This document shows, piece by piece, positions 56,090 to 64,000 of a stretch of DNA of 64,000 nt. The notes beneath the pieces are model-generated. The model was not told where the DNA came from. It ran no database searches and worked only from the letters and a program-made list of their open reading frames with translations. Each line of letters starts with the position of its first letter. Position 1 is the stretch's first letter. Source of the stretch: the human T2T-CHM13v2.0 reference genome, Homo sapiens; NCBI RefSeq assembly GCF_009914755.1, contig NC_060929.1. One strand, given 5' to 3'. Made by a program: the position numbers and the translations under genes.

Positions 56090-56600
56090 CCAACACTTTC
56101 ATGCTTAGGAATTTACCTTAGAGAGATATATGCATATGAGAAAAATTACTTTGTCTAAGGTTATTTATTGCAGTACTGTTTGAAGCAACAAGAGGTTGGA
56201 AACAATATGAATGTCCATTAACAGGAGACTAGTTAGATACACCATGAAACATCCATGCAATAGATAACTATCCAGGTGTGGAAATGACTGAGGAATTAGG
56301 TTATGCACCAATATGGAATATTTTCCAAAATATATTGTGGAGGAAAAACAAAGCAAGAGCCAAAGGATGCATCTAACCCACTGTCATTTGTGAAACAAAA
56401 AGAGGAGAAGTAATGCAAACATATTTTTTCATGGGCACATAAAATATTTCTGGAAGGATAAACAAGACACAGATAATACTAGCTACCTTTGTACAAGGGA
56501 GCTAGCTAGTGCTGTGGGGCAGTGGCTTGAGTAAGATTTTTGCCATAGGGCTTTTCTACCTTTTGATTTTTTAATCATGGGAATGCACTACCTAGTGAAT
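56090..56600 (+). mobile_element. L1ME 3' end
   Basis: ttattgcagtactgttt...ggaaacaa...atgtcca...tctggaaggata.acaaga. Confidence 0.7.
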
Positions 56601-57109
56601 GAATGAGTGAGTGAATAAATCAATAAATGAATGAGTGAACAAATGAATATATTTTAGAAGAAGGGAAGGAAACTCATTCTACAGCCTGGAGTTGGTGGAT
56701 GGGTGGACTCAGGCATTTATTGAATGCCTATGCACCTGGGCTCACCTCATTGTCATATAATGCCTCCAATCCTTGTAAAGTCATGGTTTATACCCTTGTC
56801 ACAGAGGAGGAAGCTGGGGCTCAGAGAGGGATGCACGAGATGAACTGCCACCAGTAAATGGCAGAACTGAATGGCAGAACTGACTGGGAGCATGGGCTCA
56901 CTCGGGTCAATCCAGCTCATTCTCCAGGGGGAGTAGACAAGGTAGCTTGATGTCCTGCATTTCAGGGACAAGAGCAGATTGGAATTGCTGGGTCCCTGGC
57001 ACGGACTCAAGTTGCTCCCTGGGGAGCCACGTCCACTGTGATGGCCAGAGCAGCCAAACCTTCAAGTTCATTCAGGGCAGAATCACCAGGTTCCCTCCCC
57101 AGGGATTCT

Positions 57110-57300
57110 TAGCTGCTGGATTAATCTTAGTATTTCATTTCCTCCATCTCTGAAAACACAATCCAATTTAATTTAGGTAGAAAAACTACACAAAAGCCAT
57201 AACACTCAGTTTATCCCTTGAAATGCAATCAGGCTGAAGGAAAGAATTAATTTTTAATTCCATCTTAATTACTCAGAGAAATAATCTATTGGCAGAGCCT
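57110..57300. promoter_or_regulatory. Candidate homeodomain-site cluster
   Basis: GGATTAATCT, CCAATTTAATT, GAATTAATT, CTTAATTA, TAATCT in a non-repeat AT island. Confidence 0.35.
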
Positions 57301-57631
57301 GGCCCTGGGATGCCCCTGCCTGATCTCTGCCCGCTGCCAACAGCACCTGAGGCTCGCTCCAGGCGCTGACCAGAGTCGGGGAGAGGCAGGGGCCAGGGCC
57401 AGGGCTCCTGCACAGGTATTCTTTGCTGAAGGGAATTGTGAACTAAAGAAATTAACACGTTATCTCATGCTATCTTTCCTTCAGAATGATCTCAGATTTC
57501 TTTAATAAAGCCACAAGCTGTACTGCTCGGAGATGCACAATGGGGGGTGTACAGGGCATACCAGATCATCTGTGACCCTGGGCTGAGAGGATGGGCTATT
57601 TTTTCATTGTTTTGTATTTGTTAAACAGGTT

Positions 57632-57936
<305 letters not shown>

Positions 57937-57938
57937 CC

Positions 57939-58016
57939 CAGGTTGGTGCAAAAGTGATTGCTGTTTTTGTTATTACTTTCAATGGCAAAAGTGGCAATTA
58001 CTTTTGCACCAACCTG
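57939..58016. mobile_element. MADE1 mariner-derived MITE (palindromic, miR-548-type hairpin)
   Basis: caggttggtgcaaaagt...acttttgcaccaacctg: 17-bp perfect terminal inverted match, 78 bp total, followed by TA. Confidence 0.95.
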
Positions 58017-58017
58017 T

Positions 58018-58475
58018 ATTAATTGAGCACCTATTATGTGCCAGGCACTCTTGTGGGGGCTGGAGACCCAGCAGACCAGGTCCCTGCCCTTGTGCAGCTG
58101 ATGTTCTGGTGGAGGGAGACAGACAGTAAACTAGTAAGCACATAAGTACAATAATCATGTAGTGAATAAAATAGGACAGTGGATTGGAGGGTAACGGGTG
58201 AGGGTTTGTCAGCAGCAGACAGGGAGTCAGGGGCCGTCTCTCCAGAAATGGGATATTTGGGGCTGAGGCCTGGGAAGAGCATACCAAAAGGGGCACAGCA
58301 AGTGCCTAGGCCTCAGGGCCTAGGCAGTGCATTGGAGGAGCAGAAAGGTCAGCATAGCTGGAGTGGATGAGCCAGGGAGAGGGTGGGACATCATGATTTT
58401 GCATTTCATTCTGGTACCAGAGGAAGCCACTGTATGCCCATGCATACACACAGTAGGTGCTCAATAAGTGCTTGC
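58018..58475 (-). mobile_element. L2 3' fragments
   Basis: attgagcacctattatgtgccaggcact...cagcaagtgc...ggagcagaaagg. Confidence 0.7.
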
Positions 58476-59014
58476 CAAAGAAACAGCACCCTCTGAACTG
58501 ACGCATTTGGGAATCTGTGCATTGCCATTTTGTCCCTTCCTTGCTGCCAGGGAAATTCAGACAACAGCTAATGTCCAGGAAGCCGCCCTCTGCCAGCCCT
58601 CACCAACGTTGTTTTGATGTGCTAACAACGCTTAATGAGGATCCTAATGAGTCACTAAAAATGGCATCATTAGGTTGAGAACAGAACAGTCTACACAAGC
58701 AAATGTCCAAAACAACCAGGCAGCTAGCCAGGGAGCAGCCGCTGCCCCTCCAGCCAATGCCGGACAGATCTCCCACCTGCCCAGTTGAGCGGAGCCCATT
58801 TTCCTGCTTGTATCTCCCCAGGCTACGAATCCCCGTCCCAGGACACTGCCTTGGCCGCTTGGTTACTACCACATGAAGCTGTTAGTTGAAGAATTGAGAA
58901 AAAATGAAAAAAATAAATAAATAAGGATTTGCTTTGATATGAAAGTAGAGGTGAAAACATAGCTCAAGGCTGGTCAGCAACTTAAAGCACTAACGCATTA
59001 GGAGGGAGGTTTGA

Positions 59015-59340
59015 ACATGAGGGCTGCAGGCGAAATCCGACCAGAGTGCATTTTATTTGGCCTACACAGCAGTTTGAAAAGATTTAAATCAGTTTCCTAC
59101 ACTAAATTATTGGAAGGGTTTACATTAAAATTTGAATGCTAAGCTTCTCCTGAAAAACCAGAAGCTGTGGCATCCATGGGCACGTATTCCAGAGTGGCCG
59201 TCCCTTAGACGAGGCATGCGCTGAACTCTTTGTCACAGTCCCCACCACTCCTCAACATCTCCCCACCCTGAGGACAGTGCCAGTTGCCATTTATTGTCAG
59301 ATTTTCCCAGATCCTTTTCTTTTGGTGATTTAAGAAGAAA
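59015..59340. mobile_element. MER102-like hAT-Charlie element (probably continues after the Alu)
   Basis: ttttatttggcctacacag...gcttctcctgaaaaa...ccttagacgaggcatgcgct...cacagtccccaccactcc. Confidence 0.75.
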
Positions 59341-59343
59341 AAG

Positions 59344-59682
<339 letters not shown>

Positions 59683-59818
59683 TTATCCAAGCCCCTCTCA
59701 TGGACAAACAAACCCAGGTGAGAGAGAGAAAAGAGGGGAGAGAAACCGCTTCTTAAGGAAGCAGAGACAACTCCGACACATTGAATGTGTGAGCAAAAGT
59801 GTGTTTGCCTTCAAAGAA

Positions 59819-59973
59819 CCCTGCCTGGGTTACATGGGAACCAAGCTACAGCCCACCCAGCCTGGGTTACATGGGAACCAACCTGCAGCCCACCCTGCCT
59901 GGGTTACATGGGAACCAAGCTGCAGCCCACCCTGCCTGGGTTACATGGGAACCAAGCTGCAGCCCATCCTGCC
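59819..59973. repeat. Minisatellite, 37-bp unit x ~4.2
   Basis: ccctgcctgggttacatgggaaccaagctgcagccca starting at 59819, 59856, 59893 and 59930. Confidence 0.97.
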
Positions 59974-60828
59974 AAGACGCCTTTGGCCTCTGACTGTGGG
60001 TTGTTGTTTCTACATTGGAAGCTATTTCTATTGCATGGACAACACTAGAAAAGATATTCTCATGATGCAGAATGTAAGTGTGTAACCTGCTTTGAGTACG
60101 CTGCAATGTTGTGACTATCTTGAGTCAAATGCTTAGTGAATCAGAAAGTTACCATTTTTTATTTGAATATGGATTGAAGACCCCGTAGGCATGTTCTTCT
60201 CTGGGTCCAGCTCCAAAACACGTTTAGGACCACCCTGCCCTGGGGAGCGGGACACTCCAGTCAGGGACTCTCAGAAGGGCAGCCAGCTTGTAGTCAAATG
60301 ATGTGTACAGAAGGCCTTTTAAGGTGCTTAAAAAGTTGGCTAGCTGCATTACTGCTGATTGTTTGAGTTTTGTGAAAAGAGGTAATACATGTTTATGGGA
60401 AAGAAGCCGAACACTGCAGAAAGGGTTACCATGAAAAACAAGTTTCCTGCTCACCAGACCCCCTGGACTGTTGTCTCCCTTCCCAGAGGGCTCCTCACTC
60501 TCATGGAGCTGGGATCTGAAGTAGGGCCGTGGTGGCCCCCTAAAAGATGAGACTATGTCCAAATCCCTGGAACCTGTGAATATGACCTTATTTGAAAAAA
60601 AAAAAGTCTTTGCAAATGTAACTAAGTCAGAATCCGAGATGAGGAAATTATCCTGGCTTATCTGAGTGATCCCTAAGTCCACTGACTGTCATACCCTTAT
60701 AAAATAGGCATACAAAGAAGAGGAGGAGGCAATGTGGCCACAGAAGCAGAGCTTGGAGTGATACGGCCACAAGCCGAGGGATGCCAGCAGCCAATGGAAG
60801 CTGGAAGAGGCAGTGAACAGACTCTTCC

Positions 60829-62143
<1,315 letters not shown>

Positions 62144-62289
62144 GAAAGTAGAGCCTTCAGAGGGTGCATGGCCCTGCTGACACTTTGATGGTAGAGTTCT
62201 GACCTCCAGAGAGAGGATACATCTGTGCTGTCTGAGGCCACCAAGTGCATGGTCATTTGTTATGGTCGCTGCAAGAAACAGAGCTCCTG

Positions 62290-62700
62290 CCCGTCTCTGT
62301 ACAGCTGTCCTCCTTGCTTTCTGCATACACAGAGCAGGCTGTGTCCAAGGAAAGAGGCCTTCCTCTTGCTTCTTTTTTGTTGAACACTGTTGCTTGGAAA
62401 TCTTTCCCGTAGGCAGTGGCCACGGTCTTCTGAATGCTTGCATAGTATTCCAGCCTATGGGGTATCCTGTTCATTGGCCCCGAACGCCTCACTGGTGATG
62501 CTGGGGTCGCTTCCAGTCATCCGCTTCCACAGACAGTGCTGCAAAGGGCATCTTCCCCGCACAGGTGTGTGCGTGCCTGTGCAAACACGCTTGCGAGGCC
62601 AGTTCCCACAAGTGGAATTGTCACATCAGAGTGTGCGCATTTCACGGTGTTAAAGGCATCGCCAAATTGCCCTCTGAGGAGGTTATACCACAGACTCCTC
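62290..62700 (-). mobile_element. GC-shifted L1ME fragment (likely continuation of ~60360-60515)
   Basis: gcatagtattcca...cgcttccag...acagtgctgcaa...aagtggaattg. Confidence 0.55.
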
Positions 62701-63669
62701 TTTAAAAGTACATTTTTTTTCCTCGTTATAAAAGTAGTCTTTTAGTAGGATTCTTCAGTGTGATTTGATGACACCCTGTAACTGAAATCTTTTCTGGCAG
62801 AACATAGTCAATGGGAAAATAACATCAATTACCTGGAATTTTCCTGCCAGCCTGGCTGGCTTGCCCCTCTCCTGTCAAATAGGGGGTTCTTGTGTTAGGC
62901 GCCTGTTTTTCCTTCAGGTGGTCTCTGTCTGGGCTCTGAGGCAGGGTGCGAGGACGGGGCTCTTTGGAGCTGGCCAGCCCCCCTCGCGTCAATGACTAAT
63001 CCCAGCCTCCCCCATGTTCCCTCCGTGAGGAGAAGAGGAAGGGAAACAGAAAGTCATTTCCCCCATCTGGATAGTCCTATATTTAATGTCGAATGTCTAA
63101 TGTGTCCTCGTTCTTCCTGTTCTTGACCAGCCTTTGGCTAAGAGAGACGTTCCCTGCTGCTCGAAGGTGGAAGGAAGGGTCGCCACCCACGGGCAGAGGG
63201 GGCTTCTCTTCTCCCCTCTGGGCCTGGATCGGCTGCCGGGACAGATAACCTCCTGTGTGGCGTGCCCACCCCTGGTGAGGCCCCCACAGTGGCTTTAGGG
63301 CTGGAGGGGCCCCTGAAGGCCAGCTTGTCCAGCACCTGGTTTTAGGGATGGGCAAACTGTGGCGCAGCAAACGAGTTCATTTGTCCGAGGCCACATCCCC
63401 AAGGGCCCCCAATCACCTGCTGTGAAAGGGGTTGAGCTCCTTCCAAGAGATAAAGGCCTGGATGTGAGCCCTGCCCCCCTTCTCCAGCCCATCTCCTGTC
63501 ATTCCCTGCCTCACCTGAATGGCTGGGACAGCTCAAGCGGACTTGACCTTGGTTGGCGGCTGCTCCCGCCTGCCCATAGCCCCACACACTAGTCCCACGC
63601 TGTGCCTCAATTCCAGCCCACACTCACGCCAACCTCCCTCCTCCTCAGTTTGCTGGTCAGCTCCTTCTC

Positions 63670-63925
63670 ATTCATGATGACTCAGCTCAGACACCCCATC
63701 CTCCAGGAAGCCTGTCCTGGTTTCCTCGAGCTGGGTTCCTTGACTCTTCTTGGTGCCTAAGCACATCTCTGTTACCTCTTGCCACATTCCTCGTGGTTCG
63801 TTTGAGGCCCGTCTTCCCACCAACACCACACAGAGCTTTTTGAGGGCTGAGAATAAACCCAAGTCATCTACGTCTCTCCAGGAACACGTGTTTATTAAAT
63901 GAATGAATGAATGAATGAATGAACG
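63670..63925 (+). mobile_element. L2 3' end with (TGAA)n tail
   Basis: cagctcagacaccccatcctccaggaagcct...gtttattaaatgaatgaatgaatgaatgaa. Confidence 0.75.
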
Positions 63926-64000
63926 AACAAACCAGAAGCTGGGTGACGGTCGCTGTCATGGAGTAGAAAGAAAGACTCTTGGGTTAGGGATCGGGACACC

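Noticed and set aside
56595-56650. (TGAA)n-like run as a satellite or regulatory array
   Set aside because: Ordinary low-complexity or L2-tail-type simple repeat, as at 17.95 and 63.9 kb
59819-59973. 37-bp repeats as a CRISPR array or repeat protein
   Set aside because: Head-to-tail units with no spacers and no cas genes, in eukaryotic DNA; 37 is not a multiple of 3

Overview
Primate (very probably human) non-coding genomic DNA, intergenic or deep-intronic; I cannot name the locus. I find no supportable protein-coding gene, RNA gene or CRISPR array. The supplied ORFs are chance frames in GC-rich DNA, Alu-derived frames, or LINE-1 relics (54289-54705 is a decayed L1 ORF1p). Three zones: (1) 1-39.7 kb, GC-rich, with many L2, MIR, MaLR and Alu elements, an internally deleted LTR12 solo LTR (9651-10203) and an orphan CpG island (~31.75-32.42 kb) fused to an AT-rich, homeobox-motif-dense block inside a ~10 kb Alu-free interval; (2) 39.7-56.6 kb, an AT-rich pile of nested old L1 fragments and Alus, with a strand switch near 51.06 kb; (3) 56.6-64 kb, GC-rich again, with a MADE1/miR-548-type hairpin, a 37-bp minisatellite and a nested stack (L1ME > MLT1C > MLT2 > LTR12F, plus an Alu). 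The least expected signals are templated-insertion scars: a 21-nt copy of sequence from 1.07 kb upstream inside an Alu, and serial inverted 12-mers inside an L1. I see no evidence for a new biological system. Repeat subfamily calls come from remembered consensus sequences, and boundaries of old repeats are approximate.
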